From positions 1 to 59,269 of IMG/VR virus record IMGVR_UViG_3300010052_000141: a stretch of 59,269 bases of DNA. The stretch is one strand, 5' to 3'. This DNA comes from a virus. Lineage: Duplodnaviria > Caudoviricetes. The notes under the pieces are model-generated. The model was not told the origin of the DNA and ran no database searches. It saw only the letters and a program-made list of their open reading frames with translations. Positions 19,250 through 28,660 of this stretch are shown piece by piece (positions within the stretch are counted from its first letter, which is position 1; each line of letters starts with the position of its first letter). Position numbers and translations under genes: made by a program.

Positions 19250-19615
19250 ATGCCGTTCGTTAAAGGCCAATCGGGCAACCCTGGAGGGCGCCCAAAGGAA
19301 TTGAAAGAGATTCAGGAACTCGCGCGGCAAAGTGCTCCTTCTGCCATTCGCGCGCTGGCTTCCATCGCGGCAAAGGGGAAATCGGAAGCCGCCCGAGTTT
19401 CGGCTGCAACCGCATTGCTTGACCGCGCATATGGCAAGCCTGTGCAGCAGATCGATGCGAATATAAACGACGAGAGGAATGTAGGTGAGCTTAGCAGCTC
19501 GGAAATCGACCGACGAATTGCAGACGCTCTCGCTCGAATTGAAGCAATTACAAGCGGAGCGGGCGGGCCGCCTGAGGGCAAGAACAAGCCTGATAACGTA
19601 CGCAAGCTCAATTGA
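19250..19615 (+). CDS. terS: Terminase small subunit (DUF5681-like)
   Basis: MPFVKGQSGNPGGRPK...LLDRAYGKP, upstream of terL. Confidence 0.85.
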   Translation: MPFVKGQSGNPGGRPKELKEIQELARQSAPSAIRALASIAAKGKSEAARVSAATALLDRAYGKPVQQIDANINDERNVGELSSSEIDRRIADALARIEAITSGAGGPPEGKNKPDNVRKLN

Positions 19616-21095
19616 GATACCCGGCGCGCCGGTTCGCCCCGATGACGATGACTGTGAGGAATTCAGGCCTGTAGAAGCCGCCTTTGGTCAGCATCAGATT
19701 ATCTGGCTGAATTGCCTGCAGCGCGTAGAGGACGGGGAAATAGACCGCCTCATGGGCTTGATGCCCCCGGGCTCGGCTAAGTCCACTTACTCCAGCATTG
19801 TCTTCCCCACCCATGTGATGGGGCGTTTCCCAGGTACCCAAATAATTACGGCCAGCTACGGCTCTGATCTTCCCCGAAAGTGGGGACGAAAGGGCAGGTC
19901 GATTGCTCGGCAAAAGCAGTACCAGCGGATTTTCGACACGGCGCTTTCTGGGGAGAGTGCTGCGGCTGACGAATGGGCTTTGGCTAACGGCTCCGAGTAC
20001 ATGAGCGGCGGCATTCTGTCCGGCCTTACGGGAAACCGCGCTAACGGTATCATCTGGGATGATTTGATCAAAGGCCGCGAGCAGGCGGATTCGGACGTCT
20101 TCCGAAACAAGACTTGGGATGCCTATTTTGAGGATTTTCTGACCCGCAAAAAGCCCAATGCGTGGGAAGTTGGAGTTACGACGCGCTGGCACAGTGATGA
20201 TATTGCCGGGCGGATTTTGCCTGAAAACTATAATGGTGAAAGCGGCTGGATCGACTGCCGGGACGGCAATCGCTGGTACGTGGTGTGTATCCCTGCCGAG
20301 GCCGACCGCAAGGACGATATCCTAGGCCGGGAGATCGGCGAAAGGATATGGCCGGAATGGTTCGGGCCGGATCATTTCAAGCCGTTCAAGCGGAATGCGC
20401 GAACATGGAACGCGCTTTACCAGCAGAGGCCAACCCCAGAAACTGGCGATTTCTTCAGCAACGATTGGTTTCGACCATATACACAGGCGCAAAGACCAAA
20501 GCGCAGCACCCTCGAAGTCTATGGCGGCTCGGACTATGCGACCACAAAAGACGGGGGAGATTTTACCGTCCATGTCGTGTTCGGGCTAGATCCTGAGGGC
20601 GGCGCTTGGCTGCTCGATATCTGGCGCCAGCAAACGACGTCGGACAAGTGGGTAGAGGCATGGTGCGATCTGGTTATCAAATGGAAACCAATCGGCTGGG
20701 CCGAAGAAATGGGCCAGATCAAGAGCGGCGTCGGGCCGTTCCTCGACAAGGAAGCCCGTAAGCGTAAGGCCTATTGTGCCCGGGAGGCCTTTTCCACCAA
20801 CCAAGGCGGCAAGGCAACGCGCGCGCAGTCGTTCCGCGGTTACGCCGCTCAGTACGGGATCAACGTGCCGACCGATCTGGATCAATGGCCGGCGTGTAAG
20901 CGGGAGCTGACAACCTTCCCAGCCGGTGTCCATGACGACTTTGTCGACGCGTGCGCCTTGGTGTTTCAGCTCCTGGACCGCATGACCAACGGACGCCCTC
21001 CGCCGAAAGATGAGCCTGACGGGCCTGACGACGCGTACCGTTCGAGGGAAGAGGATTGGGGATCGGAGACAGATGGTTTTGACAAAACGATTTGA
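19485..21095 (+). CDS. terL: Terminase large subunit
   Basis: MPPGSAKST Walker A, IIWDD Walker B, ALYQQRP, GSDYA and FPAGVHDDFVDA nuclease motif. Confidence 0.95.
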   Translation: MSLAARKSTDELQTLSLELKQLQAERAGRLRARTSLITYASSIEIPGAPVRPDDDDCEEFRPVEAAFGQHQIIWLNCLQRVEDGEIDRLMGLMPPGSAKSTYSSIVFPTHVMGRFPGTQIITASYGSDLPRKWGRKGRSIARQKQYQRIFDTALSGESAAADEWALANGSEYMSGGILSGLTGNRANGIIWDDLIKGREQADSDVFRNKTWDAYFEDFLTRKKPNAWEVGVTTRWHSDDIAGRILPENYNGESGWIDCRDGNRWYVVCIPAEADRKDDILGREIGERIWPEWFGPDHFKPFKRNARTWNALYQQRPTPETGDFFSNDWFRPYTQAQRPKRSTLEVYGGSDYATTKDGGDFTVHVVFGLDPEGGAWLLDIWRQQTTSDKWVEAWCDLVIKWKPIGWAEEMGQIKSGVGPFLDKEARKRKAYCAREAFSTNQGGKATRAQSFRGYAAQYGINVPTDLDQWPACKRELTTFPAGVHDDFVDACALVFQLLDRMTNGRPPPKDEPDGPDDAYRSREEDWGSETDGFDKTI

Positions 21096-21212
21096 GGGCT
21101 TCGAACCGCAGTGGAAATCGGGTAATCTGTTTTCGGTTGGCCAGCGCTGTAAAGCGCCGTGTGCCGAGAGCAGTAATCCGGGTCGGTGGCCAACCACCTT
21201 TTGGGGGATATC

Positions 21213-21392
21213 ATGAGCATCCTTGTTTATCGCGATGACAGCGGCGCAGATGTGGAGATCAAGAACCCGTCTATGGATGATTGGTCCGCCTGCTGCGAAA
21301 TGATCGCCAAACGCCACAAGGATGAATTTCATCGCGTGGTTTTGAGGGAGATTAAGCAGGGCAACCAGCTTCTGGACTGTATTGGAGAATAG
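21213..21392 (+). CDS. Hypothetical protein
   Basis: GGGGA ribosome site before MSILVY. Confidence 0.45.
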   Translation: MSILVYRDDSGADVEIKNPSMDDWSACCEMIAKRHKDEFHRVVLREIKQGNQLLDCIGE

Positions 21393-21458
21393 CTCAGATG
21401 GTAGAGCGCGGCACTTTGACTGCTGAGGTTGTCGGTTCGAACCCGGCTTCTCCTGCCA
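21383..21458 (+). tRNA. tRNA-Gln(UUG)
   Basis: GGAGAA/TTCTCC acceptor with unpaired 1:72, GCTC-AGATGGTA-GAGC D arm, CTTTGAC anticodon loop, GTTCGAAC T loop, GCCA end; 76 nt. Confidence 0.88.
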
Positions 21459-21863
21459 GTATGGTTGATCGGGTAGCCGCTGCCATTGGCGTTCCCGAGG
21501 CTAGTGGGTTTGTTTGTGAATGGTCGTTAGACGCCGCGCGTCGCGCAATCGAGGCTATGCGAGAGCCGACGCAAGAGCAAAAATGGGCTGGAGCAAAGTT
21601 TGTTGTAGTTTGCCAGCACGCAGAGCAGGTCTACCAAGCTATGATCGACGAGGCGCTGAAGTGAAGAACCCGGAGCACCCATAAGATGACCGAGCTTATG
21701 CCTCCGATCAATGACGAGAATGGCAATACTTGGTACCCCGTGCAGCACGCATTAGGTGGTGTGGTGTGCTCGCTGACGCCGGAAAGCCAAAAGATATGGC
21801 AGGATTTTGCTGATCGGCAGCGCGAGAAGCTTGAGAGTTTGGTTAAAAGGACGAGGCGCTGAA

Positions 21864-22139
21864 ATGAGCCGCGTAATGGATACAGAGATTCTTGAAGGCC
21901 TGAAGCGCGATTGCATCGTCTGCGAAGGCGTCGTCAAAGCGTCCGGTTTCCCGAACGCAAGGGGAACCATTATCTACAACGAAACAGGCATTGTCGGCCT
22001 TGGTATGAAGGATGGTGATTGTCGAGTAGCGTGCATTGTTGAGCCGGGCAAGATCAATCATGCCGAGGTCTCTCAGTTCCTGACGGACTGGCTCAGCGAG
22101 ATCGTCAGGCGAGCCTCACAGCAAGCAAGTGCTACATGA
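21864..22139 (+). CDS. Hypothetical protein
   Basis: GAGG before MSRVMD. Confidence 0.45.
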   Translation: MSRVMDTEILEGLKRDCIVCEGVVKASGFPNARGTIIYNETGIVGLGMKDGDCRVACIVEPGKINHAEVSQFLTDWLSEIVRRASQQASAT

Positions 22140-22370
22140 CAGCCGGCCGGAACCGAGGCGACCGAAGTCCTGAAGTCCTGTTCGGCGGCGCCACCGGCCC
22201 TCTACGGTGGTACTTAGTCGGCTGTGATTGGGTACTTCGGCGCGCAAATAGTTACCTTTTTCCATCGGCATAACTTAAAATAAATCCTCGCACCCCAGTT
22301 CGAACTTTTTTTGTTCGGCTGTACCTTTTGCACACAGGTGATTTGGCACCGTGGCGAGAGGGATTCAGCG

Positions 22371-22658
22371 ATGGCTATTTATCCGGACAGTGTGAAGTAT
22401 CAGAGCGCTGGTGTTGGAATAAACGCCGCTCCGAAAGAGCTTGGTATCCTTCAGCGCGCCGACGGTCTGCGAACGGGATTGCAGTCGCTGCGCTCGCGGC
22501 TTGAAAGCTTCTCGGACCGCCTCGATGGCAATGGCACCGATAAAGCGGCGAACGGGCTTGCTCCAGTAGCAAGCAGCCTCAATGGCACATTCTCCGATCT
22601 CGAAAGCGAGTTGCGACAGTGCTTGCAGCTCGTCGATTCGATCAACGATCGTTTCTAA
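22371..22658 (+). CDS. Coiled-coil hypothetical protein
   Basis: GAGGG before MAIYPD. Confidence 0.55.
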   Translation: MAIYPDSVKYQSAGVGINAAPKELGILQRADGLRTGLQSLRSRLESFSDRLDGNGTDKAANGLAPVASSLNGTFSDLESELRQCLQLVDSINDRF

Positions 22659-22981
22659 CCGCCACCAGCCACTTTCGTTCGGTTACCGGCGGGATCGGAT
22701 CACAGAAAGATATCCTGCGTAAGGTTGGTGGTGATGGGCAGAGTGAGCGTTCAAGGATATCGACCGCCGGGTTTTTGAGGGGATTGGAATTGGTCGCATT
22801 CATCATAGCTGGCCTCGTGTTCGTCGGAACCGTAGTGCTTTCAGTCCTGACACTGTTCGGGGATGCGATGAGCGATAACCGAGGGGACGGCGGCACGAGC
22901 GCTGGGTGGGTGCTTGGCATTGGCACCATCTGCGCCGCGCTGATCGCGGCCAGTCATTGGCTTCCAAATGTGGGGTGGTGA

Positions 22982-23212
22982 GTGGGTCCCTCGGACGCAT
23001 CAATTGAGATCATGCGGATCGTCGATGAGATGAAGCCCGCTTGGCGCGCTCTTGTACACGAATACGGCCTTACCGCAGTGCTCGCCGTTCGGGATGACGG
23101 TCTATCGCTTCGCGATGCAGACGACGCGCTGTGGATGGCCAGAAGCGCACGGCAGGCCCAATGGCTGGCAACGAACTACATCTCGAATAGGAGTTTCGCG
23201 AGATATGTCTGA
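22982..23212 (+). CDS. Hypothetical protein
   Basis: Operon packing. Confidence 0.45.
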   Translation: MGPSDASIEIMRIVDEMKPAWRALVHEYGLTAVLAVRDDGLSLRDADDALWMARSARQAQWLATNYISNRSFARYV

Positions 23213-23480
23213 CCCGAACGAGTTTCCGTTCAACCGAACGCCATGGCAGTCCCTCGACGTCGCCCCAAAGGACCGGCCGCTGCTCCTGTTCTGTCCCTAC
23301 ACGCAATCGCCCGATGGAACGGGATCACACCCTGACGCCAAGCCGGCGCATGGCCGTGTTGTCGGATGGTGGGCCGATGGTGGTTGGGTCGCCTCGATCC
23401 TGAACGGGCCTGCGCAGTCGGTCTATCCGTCGCGCTGGGCCGAACTGTTGGATGAACCAGAGACCAAGGGACGTTCCTAA
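23205..23480 (+). CDS. DUF551-like phage protein
   Basis: WQSLDVAPKDRPLLL...PSRWAEL; AGGAG ribosome site. Confidence 0.6.
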   Translation: MSDPNEFPFNRTPWQSLDVAPKDRPLLLFCPYTQSPDGTGSHPDAKPAHGRVVGWWADGGWVASILNGPAQSVYPSRWAELLDEPETKGRS

Positions 23481-23899
23481 TGCAATCCCTCCCGCATCAC
23501 GCATCACCGTCAATCTTACCGGGCGATATGCCCTCCCACGATACGCTCCTTAACCGGATAGAGGAGCTTGAGACCGAGCTTGGCCTAAAGGTCGAGATAC
23601 CGCCGGAATTCTGCATCCCCCGCAATATGGGCCGATTGCTGGCGATGCTGTTGAAGCGCGAGGTCGTCACGCGGGAAGGCGCTGTTCTCGCGATCTATTC
23701 CGGCATGCCCAACACCTGGGACAAGGACCCGGACCCCAAGATCATCGACGTGTTCATCTGCAAACTTCGGGTAAGGCTTCGCAAGTACGGTATCAAAGTC
23801 TCCTGCAAATGGGGGCTTGGATATTTTATGGACGGCGAGAACAAACGGAAGCTTCGCGAGCTGATCGCAAAGACCCGGGCGGACGCCGCGGAAGGATAG
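23480..23899 (+). CDS. Stand-alone CtrA-like OmpR winged-helix DNA-binding protein (no receiver domain)
   Basis: DPKIIDVFICKLR...WGLGY matches the CtrA recognition helix KIIDVFICKLRKKL...WGRGY. Confidence 0.82.
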   Translation: MQSLPHHASPSILPGDMPSHDTLLNRIEELETELGLKVEIPPEFCIPRNMGRLLAMLLKREVVTREGAVLAIYSGMPNTWDKDPDPKIIDVFICKLRVRLRKYGIKVSCKWGLGYFMDGENKRKLRELIAKTRADAAEG

Positions 23900-23902
23900 C
23901 AG

Positions 23903-24172
23903 ATGGACTTTCAGTCGGTTGCCCCGCCGCAGCAGTACGGCGCTCCACAGGTATTCGGACAGCAGGGGCAACAGGCTGGAGGACAGCAGGATCAGCTTGC
24001 CGCGGCGCTTCAGAAGGCCAAACAGCTTCTATCTTCGGGCCAGATTTCAGCCGACCAGTACAATCAGATTGCCAGCAAGTTCCAGCCTCAAACCGAGCTT
24101 GCCACTTCTGCCGGCAACATGGGCGCGACGACGGGCCAACCGATGAACATTCTGCCGGGGCAGGGAGGCTAG
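23903..24172 (+). CDS. Gln/Gly-rich hypothetical protein
   Basis: Clean ORF before the portal; contains LLSSGQISADQYNQI. Confidence 0.55.
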   Translation: MDFQSVAPPQQYGAPQVFGQQGQQAGGQQDQLAAALQKAKQLLSSGQISADQYNQIASKFQPQTELATSAGNMGATTGQPMNILPGQGG

Positions 24173-24176
24173 AGCT

Positions 24177-26147
24177 TTGCCTGCCGCCCAAGGCTTCCTT
24201 CAGAATAACGCCGCTGCCAACGCGCGTAACTTGTCTTCGCCCAATTCCTGGGATGACGAAGGCAACTTTCTGCCGGTCGATCGGCTACGCCAACAGTATA
24301 CGGGCTACCTGACTTCGAAGTCTCCCGAGATTCAGGAACAACAGCAGTCGCGTCAGTATTTTCACGGGGCCATGTGGACCGCTGAAGAAATGCGCGTCCT
24401 GCGCAGGCGCCGCCAACCAGTTATCACCTACAATTACATTGCCGAGAACATCAACTCCACGGTTGGGCTCTTGGAGCGGTTTCGGCAGGACCCAAAGGCA
24501 TACCCGCGAAATCCCCGCAATGACGAGGGCGCAGAAGTCGCGACGCAAACGATCCGGTACATTCTTGACGCCAACGACTGGAAGACCGAAAGCTCCGAGG
24601 TTGCTCGTCACGCCTCGATCGACGGCATTTCCGGGATGGGGTTCAAGCTCCGTCAGGGAGACAAGGGCGATCCAGATATCAAACTGGAAATCGTCTATGG
24701 CGACGATTTCTTTTACGATCCACGGAGTTACCGGCCGGATTTCCACGATAGCCGCTTCCTTGGCATGGCCAAATGGGTTGATGAGGAAGAGTGCATCGAG
24801 CTTTTCCCCGACCTTGAGGACACCATCCGCTCTTTGGTCGATAATGGCTCCGATCTGACGACCTATTCGGAGCGTGAATTCAAGTGGGTTTACACCACCG
24901 AGCGCCGCGTCCGCCTGGTTGAGCACTGGTACAAGCACCGGGGAAAGTGGCATTGGTGCTTCTATATCGCTGGTACCTTGCTGGATCAGGGTGTCAGCCC
25001 GTTCTTTGACGACCGCGGCAAGACAATTCCGCGCTTCATCATGTTTTCAGCGGCGGTTGACCACGACGGCGATCGTTATGGCTTCGTCCGCAACCAGAAG
25101 GGGCCGCAGGATGAAGTAAACCAGCGCCGGTCGAAGGCCCTGTTCATTTCAAACAGCCGAAGGATCATTGCCGACAAAGGCGCGGTTGATGATGTCGAAA
25201 AGGCGAGGTCGGAATGGGCGCGGCCCGATGGCTTTATCGAGAAAAATCCCAAACTGGATATTAAACTCGACGATACCAACGCCGATCTGGCTGGCCAGAT
25301 GCAATTCTTGGCAGAGGCCAAGAACGAGCTGACCAAGTTTGGTCCGTCGCTGATGCCCGACGGAGAAATCCCGAACAACATCTCCGGGCGCGCCGCAAAG
25401 ATCATTCAGCAGTCGAGCGCAGCACGGCTTGGACCGTTTATTCTGGCCTATCGTGGGTGGAAACTGCGTGTCTATCAGGCCATTTGGAATTGCGCGCAGC
25501 GCTATTGGACGGGTGAGCGCTGGATTCGGGTGACCGACGATCAGGGCTTGGCACAGTTCATCAAGTTGAACGGCCTTGATTTGGACGAGTGGGGGCGCCC
25601 GGAGCTGGTCAACTATCTCGGGGCTCTCAATGTGGATATCATCCTCGATGAGGGTCCGGATGCCGTCAATATGCAGGAAGACACCTGGGATCAGGTGCAG
25701 GCCGCGATGGCTGGTGGCACGCAATTCCCGCCTGCGGTCGTCATCCAGTTGATGAACATCCCACATTCGGTCAAGAAGCAAATCCTTGCCTCGATGCAGC
25801 AGCCACCCGACCCGGTCGAACAGGCGGCCAAGGCTGCCTACATCAAGCAGATGAATGCCGACGTCGAGAAGACCCATACCGAGGGGCTGAAAAACGTATC
25901 CACAGCGATATTGAACGCAGCCAAGGTCAGCCAGACGTTTGCCGACGTGCAGACAGACTTGGCGCAATCGCAAATGCCATCGCCTGAATTGGCCAGCGCA
26001 CCACCTGCAGGACCATCAGGGCCTGTGCAGAACGCGCCGATGGTACGTTCGCTCGCTTCGCAGCAGCAAGACTTGCCGCTCCCGTTTGCCAAAGGGTTGG
26101 CACCGGTGCAACCGGGCGCGTATTCGGCCGGCCTCGGCCTCCACTAG
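24177..26147 (+). CDS. Portal protein, P22-like
   Basis: YFHGAMW...RRQPVITYN, YGFVR...PQDEVNQRRSK and SGRA motifs; size and position fit. Confidence 0.9.
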   Translation: MPAAQGFLQNNAAANARNLSSPNSWDDEGNFLPVDRLRQQYTGYLTSKSPEIQEQQQSRQYFHGAMWTAEEMRVLRRRRQPVITYNYIAENINSTVGLLERFRQDPKAYPRNPRNDEGAEVATQTIRYILDANDWKTESSEVARHASIDGISGMGFKLRQGDKGDPDIKLEIVYGDDFFYDPRSYRPDFHDSRFLGMAKWVDEEECIELFPDLEDTIRSLVDNGSDLTTYSEREFKWVYTTERRVRLVEHWYKHRGKWHWCFYIAGTLLDQGVSPFFDDRGKTIPRFIMFSAAVDHDGDRYGFVRNQKGPQDEVNQRRSKALFISNSRRIIADKGAVDDVEKARSEWARPDGFIEKNPKLDIKLDDTNADLAGQMQFLAEAKNELTKFGPSLMPDGEIPNNISGRAAKIIQQSSAARLGPFILAYRGWKLRVYQAIWNCAQRYWTGERWIRVTDDQGLAQFIKLNGLDLDEWGRPELVNYLGALNVDIILDEGPDAVNMQEDTWDQVQAAMAGGTQFPPAVVIQLMNIPHSVKKQILASMQQPPDPVEQAAKAAYIKQMNADVEKTHTEGLKNVSTAILNAAKVSQTFADVQTDLAQSQMPSPELASAPPAGPSGPVQNAPMVRSLASQQQDLPLPFAKGLAPVQPGAYSAGLGLH

Positions 26148-26310
26148 AAAATCAATTCATTACCACTGATTAGCCTGACCCTCGCGTCGGGCCGCAACGA
26201 CATGTGGCCGGGTCAATCAGGGCAGCCCTCTTACCGTCCTTCGCCGCCGCCGAGCGTATCGGGCGTTTCGCCGCTGGAGCGATATCCACGCAAAGAAGGA
26301 CGAGCATTGT

Positions 26311-27423
26311 ATGAGCGAACGCGAAATTTCTCCTCTTGAAGACAAGCTTCTTGGGCAGGCCGTCGCCAATACCGAGTCCGAAATCTTTCGTTCAGCCATG
26401 GATCAGGCAGACCCTGACGATGCTGACGAGGGCGATCGGTCCGCGGAAGAGCTGGGTGATGGGCTTGAGGGCCAGCATGAAGCCGAAGTCGCTGAAGACG
26501 GCGACGAGGACGATGCTGAAGAGGGCAGTGAAGCGGAAGCTGATGCGGACGGCGAAGAAGATCGGGAGCGAGACGCAGACGGGCGTTTCAAAGCGAACGA
26601 TAGGAAAACGCCGGAGCAGGTAGAAGACAAGGGCCGCATGGTCCCGCGTTCTCGCCTGACGGAAGAGGCCAACAAGCGGCGAGAAATCGAAGAGGCTCGG
26701 AAGTCGGACCAGGAACGGTATCAAGCCGATCTTGCCGCATTGAACCGGCGCCTTGACGAACTGATCGCGCGCCCGGTCGCTCCACCCGTAGCAGCCAAAG
26801 TCGAGCCCGTTGTGCCAGCGACGAAGCCGGACATGTTTTCCGACCCCGAGGGGTACGAAAAATGGGTTCTGGATCAAGCGCGGGTCAACGCCACCACCGA
26901 GGCGACGCAAGTTTTCACGCAGCGTTTTGTTGAGGCCTCAATGGCCGATGCGCACGAGGCGAATGGAGAGGATTTTGTAAAGGCTTACGAGGATTTGACG
27001 GGAATCAACCCTGTGACGCAACAGGTTGTCCGCCAAGTCGATAGAAACGACCCGGTCATCAAGGCCGAAGTCGCGCGTGTATTGAACGCACCCAATCCGG
27101 GCCGCGCTTTGATGGCACGCTATCGGCAACAGGCGACCTTGCGCGAAGTCGGGCCCGACCCTGTGAAGTATCGCGAGCAAGTACGAAATTCCGAGCGCGA
27201 AGCTCTGATGAAAGACCCTGAATTCCGCAAGCAGATTCTTGCTGAGCTTAGGGCTGAAGCGGCAACCGCCGACAATGGCCGTCCACGAAGTGTCACTCGC
27301 TTTCCGAAGTCCCTGACTGATGTGTCGGGTGGTCAATCGGCGCAGTTACGCGACCCGAGCGACTACGACAACTCAGAAGAGGGAGTTTTTGAAGGCGTCT
27401 GGAATGACCGCCGGGCCGGCTAA
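26311..27423 (+). CDS. Capsid scaffolding protein
   Basis: Acidic N-terminus, RDADGRF and VPRSRL motifs; lies between portal and capsid. Confidence 0.75.
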   Translation: MSEREISPLEDKLLGQAVANTESEIFRSAMDQADPDDADEGDRSAEELGDGLEGQHEAEVAEDGDEDDAEEGSEAEADADGEEDRERDADGRFKANDRKTPEQVEDKGRMVPRSRLTEEANKRREIEEARKSDQERYQADLAALNRRLDELIARPVAPPVAAKVEPVVPATKPDMFSDPEGYEKWVLDQARVNATTEATQVFTQRFVEASMADAHEANGEDFVKAYEDLTGINPVTQQVVRQVDRNDPVIKAEVARVLNAPNPGRALMARYRQQATLREVGPDPVKYREQVRNSEREALMKDPEFRKQILAELRAEAATADNGRPRSVTRFPKSLTDVSGGQSAQLRDPSDYDNSEEGVFEGVWNDRRAG

Positions 27424-27449
27424 GCCGCCCGCTTCAAAGGATTACCTCC

Positions 27450-28595
27450 GTGGCCGCAACTACCGTTCAAGTCAACAATAAGCTGATCGTATTCCGCAAG
27501 GAGATTACGCGGGAATACATCAGGCAGAATCTGTTCTCCCCCTATATGGGCAACGAGATGACCGCGATCATTCGCGTCGTCAACGACCTCAAGAAGGGTG
27601 GCGAGCAGGTCAATATCCCGCTGGTTGCCCGGTTGAAAAACCAGGCAGTCGGTTCCGGCATCCTCGTCGGCAACGAAGAGTCGATCGACAACTACGGCTA
27701 TCGCGCGTGGATCGATTGGGCTCGCAACGCGATCAAGATCAACAACGCCGAAGAGCAGAAGTCCTCGGTCGATCTGTTCGCCGAAGCCAAGCCTCTGCTT
27801 GAGGACTGGGGCAAGGAACTGCACCGCGACGAGATTTGCGATGCGTTCTTCGCGCTGCCGTCTGAATCGGCTCCTGCAGGTCTGGGTTCCGCTGCCGGCC
27901 AGCGTGTTAACGGTATCCTGTTCGATGCCGCGACCGCTGCCCAGCGCAATACCTGGATCACCGACAACGCTGACCGCATTCTGGTCGGTGGCGCACAGGG
28001 CAATCTCGTGGCTGGTAACTTCGCCTCCTCGATGGCGAACATCACCACGGGCATGACGCTTTCGGCGGCTACGATCACCAAGGCGAAGCGGTTGGCCAAG
28101 AAAGCCAACCCGCGTATTCGCCCCTACCAGCTCAAGAATGGCCGGGAATATTTCGTGCTGTTCGCGGGTTCGAACGCGTTCCGCGATCTGCAGAACGATA
28201 CGACCATCATCAATGCCAACACGCAGGCACGCTCGCGTGAGGGCAACGGGATGGACAAAAATCCGTTATTCCAGGACGGTGACCTGATTTACAACGGCAT
28301 CATCATCCGCGAAATCCCCGAGCTGGATATCCGTCTGCCGACTTTCTACACCACGGCAGGTACGGGAGCCATTCAGATTGCGCCGTGCTTCATGTGCGGT
28401 CAGTCGGCAATGGCCTTCGCGTGGGGCCGCGCTCCGACGCCGACCTTCCTGAAGGAGGACGATTATCAGTTCTTCCGGGGTGCCGGTATCAAGATGGCTT
28501 ACGGCCTCTCCAAGATCGCCAAGAAGAACCCGGCCGGCAATCTGAAGGAGTGGGGCGTATTTACGCTCTTCGTCGCTTCGCAGGCTGACACCTAA
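27450..28595 (+). CDS. Major capsid protein (DUF4043 / N4-gp56-like)
   Basis: FSPYMG, DLKKGGEQVNIPL, GNEE, NPLFQDG...YNGIIIRE and EDDY motifs; strong codon bias. Confidence 0.9.
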   Translation: MAATTVQVNNKLIVFRKEITREYIRQNLFSPYMGNEMTAIIRVVNDLKKGGEQVNIPLVARLKNQAVGSGILVGNEESIDNYGYRAWIDWARNAIKINNAEEQKSSVDLFAEAKPLLEDWGKELHRDEICDAFFALPSESAPAGLGSAAGQRVNGILFDAATAAQRNTWITDNADRILVGGAQGNLVAGNFASSMANITTGMTLSAATITKAKRLAKKANPRIRPYQLKNGREYFVLFAGSNAFRDLQNDTTIINANTQARSREGNGMDKNPLFQDGDLIYNGIIIREIPELDIRLPTFYTTAGTGAIQIAPCFMCGQSAMAFAWGRAPTPTFLKEDDYQFFRGAGIKMAYGLSKIAKKNPAGNLKEWGVFTLFVASQADT

Positions 28596-28600
28596 CGGCT

Positions 28601-28632
28601 AGGCGCGCTGGGTTAACGCTCAGCGCGCTCTT
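28601..28632 (+). terminator. Hairpin after the capsid gene
   Basis: GGCGCGCTGGG-ttaacg-CTCAGCGCGCT; weak U tract. Confidence 0.5.
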
Positions 28633-28660
28633 CCCATTTCTCAAATTCAGGACAGACAGA

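Noticed and set aside
21398-21470. N-terminal part of ORF 21398-21664
   Set aside because: It overlaps the tRNA-Gln. A start at the ATG at 21461 is more plausible.
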